Shown here piece by piece: positions 52,386 to 64,000 of a stretch of 64,000 nt of DNA. A program made the translations under genes and the position numbers. The stretch's first letter is position 1. The number at the start of each line of letters is the position of its first letter. This stretch comes from Lingula anatina (taxonomy: Eukaryota > Animalia > Brachiopoda), in assembly GCA_051362555.1 (NCBI GenBank), contig CM120641.1, forward strand, positions 2,046,001 through 2,110,000. Reading direction: 5' to 3'. The notes under the pieces are model-generated. The model was not told where the DNA came from. It saw nothing but the letters and a program-made list of their open reading frames with translations, and did not search any database.

Positions 52386-53911
52386 GGTGCGGAGGGCCTA
52401 GGCACTGGAAAAAAAAAAAGAGATTGTATGCAATTTTATATGGGCAGTCCCTTGGACTTGCCTTTGTCATTAAAATAGTTAAATCTTATCAAATTAGTTA
52501 CTAAGTACTCGGTAAATGATTTGGGACAGTAAATAAAAAGGTATTATCCATGCTAATTTGTGTAAAGCCACACACCTTTTTCCCTATTACCATTGTCAGT
52601 ATAAAATAATTATCATAATTATCACCTGCCTATTCACTGCTAAAGTGAGCAAGGAAGTAACAATAACATAAAGGACATATAGTGTGATGCAGAGGAGACA
52701 GATCTTTGCAAATCTACTGCATCTTGGCAGCAAAATCTCCTCCTTTCAGCTAGAAGTACAGATCTCAGGTAGGCAAAAGATTACTATTACGTCTTTTGTG
52801 TTAAAACTCTTCCTTATGGTTTCTGATATGTACAAGCCTATACTAGTATATGAGTGTTAAATTAATATACAGATAAGACAGATATAGGTGCACATAACTA
52901 TAAAATTGACAGCCAGATTAAGACTTGGGAGCTCTCAAAGCTTTTTGCTTAACTTTCACTCCCTCAGGTCCCACACTACTGAAAAGCCAACCAGTCAAAG
53001 TGTCAACAGTAGTGTCAACAGTAGTGTAACAAAGGCATACAGTATATATATATATATTTGAGAGTCCACACATCACAGTGGACATACTGCAGCTAGGTGG
53101 ACAATCATTTTACAGTTATCTGCACTGATGTCCTTTATGTATAAGCACACATCATATACTGTAAATAGGAGTGCTAATGTACAATGAAAAAAAAAGATGT
53201 TAAATATACTGATCATGTCACCAAATTATAAAGAAAATGCTGTCTGAAAAAATAAAGCAAGTTCAATTTCCAGTACTTTTGAGTGCGCAGCTCTGAGCAA
53301 TTAAGACTCCATTTCCCCTTGATAAGACACTGCCTGTTAGTCTAATGCAGCTTTCTTCTACACACATCATGTGAGCTTTCACTTATGATTATACAAATGG
53401 GAGAAGATAAGTACTGGTTGTGGATGTCTCAAGTGTTTATCTAATGGCACTACAATGTCTGGTTACAAATTAGAGTTCAAACAAACATCTGTGCCATGAC
53501 TTCTTAAACACTTTTGTCTTCATCCTGTAAACCTGTCGAAGTAATTTGACCATCGACGATCGTTTCACGGAAGTTCCAGCTCCTGTTTAGAATTACCAGT
53601 ATTATTTTTACAATGCTAAACTACACTTCTACAAACACCTAGTTTTTCACTACACCCTTTACGAAGTTGTTAACGTCAGATGAAGTGCTGTTACAGCCCC
53701 CTGACTATTACTCACATGAATTACAATGATGTCAACAACAAGACAAAACATTTACAAAGTTGTTTCATTAATGCAACAATGCCAATATGAGTAAGCAGAC
53801 CTTGGAAACATACAACAAATAAAACATGAACTTAACTTTCTTGTCATTTTTCTAAATTCAAACTAAAGTATTCGGATATAGGGTATGACAACCAATCTAC
53901 CGATTCCCTAC

Positions 53912-54231
53912 CTTCTTTTGCTTAAGATTGCTGCTTTAAGTATGAAAACTACAGTAAAAACTAAGCTTGTGTCACAAGGAGGCGTATTCCGTGGTGGCCA
54001 TATCGAATCTCGCTATTTACCACTTCCGCTTTTGCGAGATTTAAGGGAAATGACCAATAGATAAAGAGAAGGTATCTACGCTTTGGTATGTTAGAGCCGT
54101 AACGATTGGATAAACTTTTGTGTAGGCCGACTTAAAGCAGACCTCAAATGTGTGTGAGCATGATTCCCCTTCGCACTTGAGGTTACACTTCTTTGTACGG
54201 AAGAGTATCCGAATATTTATAAGGAGAAGAG
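53912..54231. promoter_or_regulatory. Probable bidirectional promoter (VAMP7-like on -, unknown gene on +)
   Basis: CpG-rich; ETS CACTTCCG (54021) flanked by inverted AATCTCGC/GCGAGATT; opposed CCAAT (54054) and ATTGG (54105); outward donors at 53912 (-, aag|gtaggg) and 54231 (+, gag|gtaggt). Confidence 0.6.
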
Positions 54232-57200
54232 GTAGGTATCTTTTAGGTGTGATAAAATAAACCCAGTCCTAATTAAGAATTATATGTGTTATTGTTTTCA
54301 CATAATTTGACCGTTGTCCGAGCTGCAGTTAGTTGAGCAGACAGCCTAGGTGCATAAAGCCGATCTTTTGTTAACTTAAAATAGTGGAGGGCAATAACCT
54401 CGCTTAACTGTAGGACGGTGATTATTTAAAGACCCATAGTTATTGTTTATCAATTAAAAGTGATTGGTTATTAATAGGACTGTACGAGGAAGCCAGATTT
54501 AATGTACAGAAGAACGTTGATACAAGTCTTTAACACGACGGTGGGCTGTAGTAACACAGATCAGGTCTGTCATTTACGTCGTCGATGACCCCCGACGACC
54601 CCCCTGCCCGGAGAAACCCTTCACCCAAATGTTCACCTTTAACCTTAAATACTATGGCTGATTGCCACTGAAAGAGATATCTATCTGGCCTCACTACTTT
54701 TTGTGATAAACATACCACTGAAGTGTATTCAGACCATTTGATAAAAATGGTTTTATTAAACTGGGTAGTGTTAACTTATACCCCAACAGTAAAATTTGAC
54801 CCCCTTACTAGTACCCAGTCCATGTTTGATCTCTTTTTTTCACAAGTTAAAAAAATGAGCATTATTTATTATTTCATATAATTGACAACATTGAATTTTA
54901 AAAGACATTATTTTGAATCAGATGAGTTATCCTTTAATGCTGTATTAATGCATTATAAATAATTGATTGGGCAAATAGTAGAACATAAATTCTGCTGACA
55001 AGACCAGATCTCTCTCTGTTTAAGTAAATGAATTAATGTCACTTTCCTTTCATTATGAAGAGATTAAATTTGCTTGATACAGATTTTGTATCTTCTTTTA
55101 CACCCATTTAAGTTGATACTCATTAATAGCCATTTTATCCAAGCAGTCTGTGTCAAAAAACCTTAAATCCATTATATACTATGTCTTGAATTATTAAGTG
55201 AACCCCATACCTAAATAGAAAGTGATAGGTTATCCGGATCTTCACTGGCTGTGTATCACCTATACTTGTACATATCAGGGCACAGCTTAACAGCTATGTC
55301 AATAAATGGTTGAAATGTCACAACATCACCTTTACTACATGTGACACTGACGTGGAAATGCTGGCGGTGTTTGCAGCATGATAAGATTAAGGATATGTAT
55401 GCAGCAGTGATAGAAGTTGGTATTATGTCTATTTTGGTAAATGACTATACATGGATTTTTTTCTATATCCGAGAGAATCCGTAACTTGTGGTTTGTGTAT
55501 AATCCTAGATTATTATTATGTTATCTGTCAAATGTCAATGCATTGTTAGAGAAGTTTTAGAAATATCAGTTTGTCTGTTATTTAGCAGTGTCTTTTATTT
55601 ATTTATATTTATTTATTAAAACTTTGAAATTAAATTATTGTTAGTACTTTTGTGCTTTTGATATGTTGAATGTAGATTGAATGGAAGAAATTTGCCTTAA
55701 CTATTCCTTGATTAATTTAAAATAATTTCTCACATGATATAATTATGTGTAATCCAATTTAACTTATAACTCTTGTTAATTACATTAAAATACCAAATGA
55801 TATCTTACTGATTTATAAGTTTAAAAAAATTAAAATATGTTATAAACAAGTATAACATAAATTACGTGACAAATTAGCACATTGTTATTGTCCTTAAGGC
55901 AAGATGGATCTTTAGCAATGATGAATTTGTGTGCAGGGTTATTGGAGGTAAGCTTTTCTTTACTGCGTATGTTATGCACAGTTTGATACCAAAAAAAAAA
56001 AAAAAGACAGATCTGTTGTCCAGAAAACAACCTTCATTACTGAATGATTGCTATTAACAGTTGAGATTTAAAAATTAGAAAATAAAAAATTGGTGATAAA
56101 TTAGGAAATTGGGGGTATAGATTTAATATTATTGTTATTAAGGCCCCAAAAATAATTTATTGTGTAAAACTGTAGATAGGAAGGTTTGAGATAAAGCAAA
56201 CTTTTGGTCAGAAAAGACCTGTTCTGAATCAAACATCGATCCAGGTTCTATGCCATATCTCAAGTAAAAGTCCATATTTTTAGACCCCCCCCCTCTTCCC
56301 CCCTGAAATTACTGGCATTCAGCCTGGTGTACATGTTAAATAACATATCAGCAATAAAAAGAGGTATGATTGGATAAGAAGTGGCCCTGGATGACGGCTT
56401 ACTACTTAATCCCTGCTGTGAGAGCTTGCCCACAGACATTGTCCACACATGCTCATCAAATCACTGCTAGGCTGCAGTGTTAGGAGTTCAAGAAATTTAG
56501 TCCTGCTTATTATGGACTGGTCATTGAAAGGTTACTGAACAGATTTTTTTCACTGTGAATTAAGATGCCACATAAAGTGAACACCAAGCCAGGCACCACT
56601 TGCCTTGGCTTATTGGCTTACGTTAGTCTGGATCCCGTTACAGCTGAACAGCTCTCTTTTTTTTTTTTTCAGTCGTATCAAATATCTCAGATAAATTGAT
56701 TTAGCAAATTTTGAAATATTTTTCCTTTCTTTATCTGAATTAATTAACTGGAAAAATCTGGTAAGATTTTTTCTAGGGTCGTGTTCCTTTGTATGGGAAG
56801 TGAGACCTCTTTTAGTATGTCTTAATGTTGCTAAGTCATTTATCCATCATGTCAGAAGCTAGATTAGGACAGAGCGATACATTAGAAATACCCACCAATT
56901 GATTGATATATCGATATGTAAAGATCTGAGTAATATCCTTAACGGTTATTACATGGCTATAAATGCTTGTCGTCTTTTTTTGTAAGTTCCTAGACGTAAA
57001 TCGAAGCAGTGGGTGATTGCAGGTAGGAGTTTTTTTTCTGTCTCAGAAATGGTACAAATACAACAAACAATCACGTCAGAAGTGCTAACCGCTAGGGGAC
57101 TGAAGACTATGAGCATCATTATTACAGCTACTTCTAATTTGATAGTGCAGTGACAGTGATGAATGATTAATCTATACTTTCATCAATAGCAATTATTGTG

Positions 57201-58607
57201 CCTTGTTTACCAGCCATATTCTTGAAGACCATACAAGAACTTAATCAAAATTTCTTGGAATCTTTTTTTTTTTTTTTTTTTTGACCATCTGTTTATGAGG
57301 TATGAAAAAAATGTTGTTTCAAAGACGCAAAAGAAAAAAGGCTGACACTTACAGCTTCCCCGTTCCTGCATTTGCCTATTTTAGCCATGATACATTGAAA
57401 TGATGCGATGCAAATGGTAGTTTTATACTCGGGTTGGTTCAGATTATTTAAGGGTCTGGTTCATCTAACTTATTTAGGCTTCAGAGGCAGTGTTTTGCCA
57501 GTCTATTCCACCACCAGTCCTCTTTACATTAGCATACAGATCTTCATGTAGCCAGATAATTAGCTGCTAGATATCATAACTTTGCTTTGTAGGGGTGCTA
57601 TATTTGTGCTGCGTTAAATATTTAATCAAGGAGAGCAGTCGTTGGTATTGATTTTCAGCTAATCCAGAGCAAGATTTGTGGAAAGACGAAATAAAAATCA
57701 ATCTGACAGGACGGGAGATAATTATGCAAAGATCACTCAGTGTGTTGTATGCTTCTATAGAGAAAGTCGAATTACTCAGTGATAACACCCATCTGGCGTT
57801 GCTGACAATGCATTCATAACTGTATAATCTGGAGTGTGGCGAGAGAATGGGAGAGCGCTGATATCTTTTATTCAAAAATGTTGATATTATTTGGAACAGG
57901 GAAAAGAAAATATGATTTGAATTTTTTTAAATCAGAATGATTACATTTTGTATCATGGTCTTTTAGACTCAGTATCTGTCACTTTGTGTGTTTTTGTATT
58001 TTTTTAAAGGTCATAGCACAAATTTAAAAAAAGTGCTATTACCCATTAAATATTATAATAATTGATTTTATAAGAAATGTAATGTGGTTGAGGTTAAAGA
58101 AAATGTTTTACACATATGAAAGAAAGAAAAACAAACTAGGAGAATGTAGAGAAACATGCACAGTTTTCCCCAGTTTCGTGTTTATTTTGGCTGCTGTTCG
58201 TCTGCACAGGATATATATTAGGGTTACATATGTTCAGCATGTGTTTAAAACTGAGTAGAAGATAGGTTATCTGAGGAAAATTATCAGTGAGAAGACTCAA
58301 TAAACACAACTGGGAAAATGTCCAAATTTAACTCCACGTTAACTACTTTGTTATTTATTGCTGGATATTGAACATAAATTAAGAAGATAATAGGCACATT
58401 TTCTTCCTTGTCTTGTGAAGTTAGAGCAAGCAGATCTGCAATTAGCGACAGTGCAGTAATTAAATGCAGTGGATACAGTCATTGTGTTTATGTTAATATA
58501 CTTGAAGTTGGATTGATTCAGTATTGATTTCTCTTCTCAAAGCACCAATCCTTAGTTGAGATAATTATCAGCTAATAAAGATATTGTCCTGTCTGCTTGT
58601 TTTCCAG

Positions 58608-58684
58608 AGCTCTCAAGTTCCCTTAGAAAAGTCCAGAGATTTCTGCTTGTGTCCGAACTAAAGATCTACTGCTCTGATTAGCAG
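58608..58684 (+). other. Candidate non-coding (5'UTR) exon of a gene continuing beyond the window
   Basis: Pyrimidine tract plus ttccag| acceptor and cag|gtaagt donor; 77 nt, no ATG. Confidence 0.45.
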
Positions 58685-59270
58685 GTAAGTAATATGCATA
58701 GGGTTTAAGAAAAATCCACTTTGTTGACATGGGTTTTATTGTGTAATCCAGGTGCTAATTAGTGAATTAATAGACCTCAATTTTTTTGTCGTCACACAAG
58801 AATAGAACACCTTTTGTAAATGCCATAATGTCAGTTTTGTTAGCATTTCATATACCAGCACTATTTTGCTTGGTTTGTAATTAATTTTTCATTGACTCTA
58901 TGATTACAGTGTTACCTGGCACATTTTATTTCATGAAACATTGTTTACGGATGTTTTATAGTTATAAACATACACTTTGTCAATCTATGTAAAGAATAAA
59001 AGACTAATAATGGCAAGATGCAAAAAAAAAAGTAGAAAAAATGGAAAATATAATAGGCGGACAAATGAATAATTCATATAATGTTGTCAAACTACTTTTA
59101 AATGTTTAATGTCAGTATTGAGGAATGTAAATGTTGTTGTTAGTATCTACTTGACATTGATATATTGTATATTAAAATTAATGACCACAAAGGATTTGTT
59201 TTTTAAATAACTGCATAGCCCTTGATATCTATCATCTCTATAAAAAAAAATTAAAAAGCAAATTGTTTAA

Positions 59271-59607
59271 AGGGATAATAACTCTTCGTATGAGATTTAT
59301 ATTTCACAATAAAAACCTTGTGAATAACTCATAGAAATATAATATATTCTGTTTTACCACAAAAACAGCAGTTATAACTATTATTCTGATATCTGAACTT
59401 GTCTTTAGACCACGTTTTCTCCATTGATGTCTATACTCTGTTAAAATCTCTTAAGAGATTTTAACAAAAAACCAAACTTTTTAGAAAAAAAACAGGGACT
59501 AACTTTGAATGTAAAAATGGATTCATTAACCATTGGTAAGTATGGGAAAATTGATGTTTACTCCAGGAAAATTCATTTTTTGGCCAAAACGAAGAGTTAT
59601 TATTGCT
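59271..59607. mobile_element. Kolobok-type MITE
   Basis: TTAA on both sides; TIRs agggataataactcttcgt / acgaagagttattattgct. Confidence 0.75.
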
Positions 59608-59740
59608 TTAACCTGTTAAGAAAATGAAATGACGTCTTGCTAGTATCTGTTTTTATTTATTTATTTTTATGAAAAGAACGTGATTAAGTTATCAGTTAAA
59701 TCCCTTAAGTAGTGCAAGAGATGCTCTCCCCTCCTCCCCC

Positions 59741-59771
<31 letters not shown>

Positions 59772-61375
59772 ACACACACACACTTTCCTTCTCCTAGGGG
59801 CCCTAAAGACTTGATACACCCATGGCAAATTATTCCAAAAACCGAAGAAAGAGCTGTTCTAACCTCTGTCTGATATTTCATTTAAGCTATGTGGGACTAG
59901 ATAATATTATTTGCCATGTGGCTTAAGTAATTCTTCCTCTTTGTCTGTATAATTTGCTGGCTATTGATTTTCCAAGCGGGTCCATGAAGACTCTAGGGTA
60001 TCCCTTTAATTGACCACGATATACTGGTTTGATCAATAAGAAAGTGTTGGCCGGGTCTTGTATGGGACTGCATTTATTCTTTGCATGGACACACAACAAC
60101 AAGAAATGCTGCGATTTTCTAAATGCTTAAATCAATGTTGGTCAAACTGCAAACTTGATAACTAAACTGAAGATGCCTTTTATACGTCTCTAGTGCTGAC
60201 TGGTTTATGTACTTGTATTCAATAATAACTAACGTGACCCAGCAACATCTCCCTCTGTTCATTATGATGCACCTACTAGGAATAAATTTAATTTGATTTC
60301 ATTTAATTATGTTGGAACATTTTCTTTGTTTTGGAAAAACTGATGATACTGAAACATAAAATGTTGGCTTGAGAGCACTTTCCTGATATGAGATCAGTTT
60401 CATGTGTCATATTTTCATGTTTGACTTGTTGAGAATAAAAATTTGTCTTCCACCAAGATACTCTGAGCAGCATAAACCAGTGACGTCCAGACAAGGTTTT
60501 TATTGGACTGGAAATTGGGCCGAACTTGCACTGTCCAGATTGAGGAAATACTGCCATCAGCACAATTGCGTGTCAACCATTAAACAACAACCTCCTTAGC
60601 TAATGTGGTTATTTGATGAAGGACTGTATCTAGTGGTCCTGGGACATGCCTTACCAAAGAGCTATAGACTGAAACTAGTTGAAACTTTTTGACCAAGTGT
60701 TGTCACCTTTGACATAGAATAAATCAGTGCTAGTTCAATTAAATGAAATATAGTTGTTTTATAAAAGGAGAGACATTTCTAATGTTTCAAACTAGCACTT
60801 CCTTTCTTTAAGTGGACTTTCTGAAGATTTAACTTGAATTAAAGTGGACCAATTTTTTTTTGTCTTGAGTTCAGGTTTGATTTCATTTTTCTAAGTGCAG
60901 AAACTTGTGCTATGAAAATTATATATGCATCTTACATATGCTGTTGAACATCTATTTTAATCTAGAAAAATAGTTGCTTTGTTGGAATAATTTCAGCTAT
61001 TGCTTGAATGCATGCCAAAACTATATTGCAGATTTTTGGAGGATCATTCTGGTAAAAATTTTCTTCAGCTGTGGGACTGTATAACTACGGCACGTGATCA
61101 GGAGCATTCATGATATTCCTTGCTTCCAAACATTTCTCTACTGATATTTTACACAGTACCAGTATATTTTTTGGTTCTACTCTTACAGGTTTCCAGTCTC
61201 ACAAATTCCATACAAAGTTACTATACCTTGCATCTGGGTTGCTGAGTTTTGTTTTCATGATGAAGCAAATTGTATTCATTTTTCCTACCATCTACCTTTC
61301 AATTGCTGTGCAAACACGCAGTTGTAATTTATTCTCTTCAATTTACTTCTCTTTTTAGTAGCGTAGTCAGATTTA

Positions 61376-61625
61376 GGCTTCGTTCACATGCAATGTCTAT
61401 TTTCTAAATTCTATTTTCTATTTGCAGTATGTCTTATGATCACGGTCTGTGGCCTGAATATCCCGCGGCGTAATTACTGGCAGCACGAGCCAGTTACTAT
61501 AAGTTACTATAAGTAACTGGCTTGCGCTGCCAGTAATTACGCGGCGGGATATTCAGGGCACAGACCGTGATCATAAGATAGCGCAAATAGAAATTAGAAA
61601 ATAGACATTGCATGTGAACGAAGCC
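61376..61625. mobile_element. Almost fully palindromic MITE (PIF/Harbinger-like ends)
   Basis: tta|ggcttcgttcacatgcaatgtctattttcta ... tagaaaatagacattgcatgtgaacgaagcc|taa; arms about 120 bp. Confidence 0.85.
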
Positions 61626-64000
61626 TAAGGCAATTGGGGAGTATAATTTATTTTTGCAGTATTATAATATTTGCATGTGCAATTACTTTTCATATGAAAA
61701 AAAAAGAAAAAAAAAAACAGGCCAATCTCCAAATCTTGTTACTTATTGAATTATTCTCACAAGGTGACTTGAACTGAAATGGCCCAACAGTTTTTTTTAT
61801 GGTTTCATGGTATACCCACCCATTTCATCCCAAGTAGCAATGGTAATGCAGTATTAAGAGAAGTTTTGCTACTCTAGAGTGGAGACCTTGACATACTCAA
61901 CTGCTTAAGATATGATTTCTCTTTTGTAGAATCACTTAGTTGCCCGTGTCAACATTGCTCGTCACCAAAATACTGCTCTGGTGAATTGTCCAAAGCAAAT
62001 TAGTTAAGCTTGTTGTAATCAATAGTAAACTACCTTATAGCAGGCCCTTGACACTGTATGTTAAACTTTGGGGAAGAAAATCAATTTGGTATACAAAGGA
62101 GTTGCCTTTTGTTAACATCCTAAGGGTAAAATTACAGTGAAATGTTTTATTCTCTTTTTAATGCCTTTCTTTGACCTTCCCAGAGGTCGAGGGGCAGTGC
62201 TCTTGAGAGGTCCTACATGAATATTTAACCTGTAAAAATATGTATGTTATGTAGGCTGAGAGAGGAGTAGATAGTGTTCAAAGAAAGTTGGACAAATGGC
62301 TAGGGTACCAGTTCAGCTGAATTGGTTCTGTTGACACTCATAGAAACCTGAACTGTCAATCATTTATGAGTGTGTTGAAAATGCACTCAAAAAAAGTAAT
62401 AAAATATATAAGTATTATACTCATGACAATAAACCCAGTCATTGGTCCATTGTATCACTTTTGGAGAACAAATCTGTTGCTTTGTAGGTGAAAAGAAAGT
62501 AACAAACAGCATGTTGTGGGGCTGGGACCCTTAAAAGCTCGAATTGCAAAGAAATGCCTGGATAAGCCTATATCTTACAGTTTTTGTTATGGAGTTAGTT
62601 CAAAACACTTCTGTATTCAAAAAGGCAAAAGAAACAGCCCAATGCCTAATTGTTACCTTTTAATGTTTACACTCGTTGAATCAAGTTCTAGAAAATAGAT
62701 TTCTATTTTCCTGTTTGTTTATGCAGAAGCATTGTAGATAAGAATCTACAGGTATTTTCAGTCTTTATTTTGAGAAAAAAGATCAAATTAGCAGTAAACT
62801 GAGAAGGCTGTATTGAAGTGGAATACAAATATTGACCATGGTAAAATTTAACATCCAGAATTCGACATTAGACCGAGGCTGTAAATAAGAGAAAAATAGT
62901 CAGGCAATGACCCTTTTTCTGAAAAAGTAAAATTTAAAGTATTTTTTAGTTTGTATCCTACAATTTATTTGTGCAATTTTTAATACATGGGATAACTTTC
63001 TTCCACTTAAAAAGCTCTGAAAACACATGCTCCTGAGTCAATGTCACCCAGGGTACTAGTAAGCCATCTCACAGAGCAGCTTATCTCTTGGCTAAGAGTT
63101 TGAAACATGCCATCAGAAAAGTACATCACTTCCAATAGTTTGGCTGCTCAAGGTATTCCTTACATGTTATGGATTTATGCCATACTGTTAAAGTAATAAG
63201 GTGTCCATTCATAAGCACTGAGAAGTGTGAGTGAAGGTGGCCGTGTTTCAACCAGGAACAACTTAAGTATAAAATACGTTGATGGGAATCACCTGGTGAC
63301 TGTGGGGTTTTTTTTCACTGAAAAGGAGTTTGGCTGAAAGTTAAACTATACTTGTAAATCAATGTTCAAGTTTACTTTAACCCAAGATAAGTCACTTGTT
63401 GTCCAAATGGATAAGATATAGCCCCTTACTGTAACAGGAAAAATATGACAAGTGTTTTGGACCAACAGTTAGTAGAAAGGCGCTATATCTTATCTATTTG
63501 GAGTACAAATTATTTAGCTTGGGTCCAAGTGAACGAAAACGTTGATCTAAAACTATATTCCAACTTTCAGCCAAAGCCCTTTCAGTGATGACAATCAACC
63601 CATTTTAAACATAGGTTGTTCCTGATTGAAACACCCCTTTTTCCATAACCGGAGGGGGGGGGGATGTTTTAGACCAATATAATAGTTATGATCAAGGGTT
63701 CAGCAGTGGATGATCCATTTTCTTAGCCTTAAAAGTCACGTCTTTACTCAAATTGAGTCAACCTTTCCAGGCATCACGATTAAGTCACCACAGACAATCA
63801 AAATAGAATACTCCTGTTCTCATAGGACAACATTCATAAGAACAGCATTTCTGGCACACTCTTATTGCAAAAAGGTTACCTCCAAGTCACACAGATTTTC
63901 TTATGTTTGCTAGTCTTGTATGAAGTCAGGCCATCTGGGGTGATGGGTTATGATGGTGAATAGTCTGCTGAGATTTGATATACCAAAGAAACACGTCCTA

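Noticed and set aside
21118-59782. Simple repeats (AAT)n, (GT)n, (ATTT)n, (AG)n, poly-G/C and the low-complexity ORFs they create
   Set aside because: Ordinary microsatellites and homopolymers.

Overview
AT-rich, intron-rich animal genomic DNA; it looks invertebrate, but the species cannot be determined from sequence alone. Four spliced protein-coding genes can be rebuilt by hand: the 3' part of a RAPGEF2/6 (PDZ-GEF) gene (+, 184-11441), a PIK3AP1/BCAP-like TIR-DBB-ankyrin adaptor (-, 15244-28049, probable upstream first exon at 41884-42007), CCDC103 (+, 45490-47843) and a VAMP7-like longin R-SNARE (-, 49278-52385). A divergent transcript may start at about 54.1 kb, with only non-coding exons visible. 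The first intron of the BCAP-like gene holds a very young LTR retroelement (35142-40167) with no long ORF, three apparently identical 561-bp LTRs, a PBS, a PPT and a TTAT TSD. There are also several MITEs, a decayed Tc1/mariner fragment and minisatellites. Most notable: the triple-LTR structure with an end-joined-type junction; three tandem duplications spanning splice sites; an intronic 43-bp array with about 25 AP-1 consensus sites; a VAMP7 with a luminal S/T-rich tail containing RRLL; and an unexplained 430-bp GC-rich hairpin-ended island. All coordinates and alignments were read by eye.
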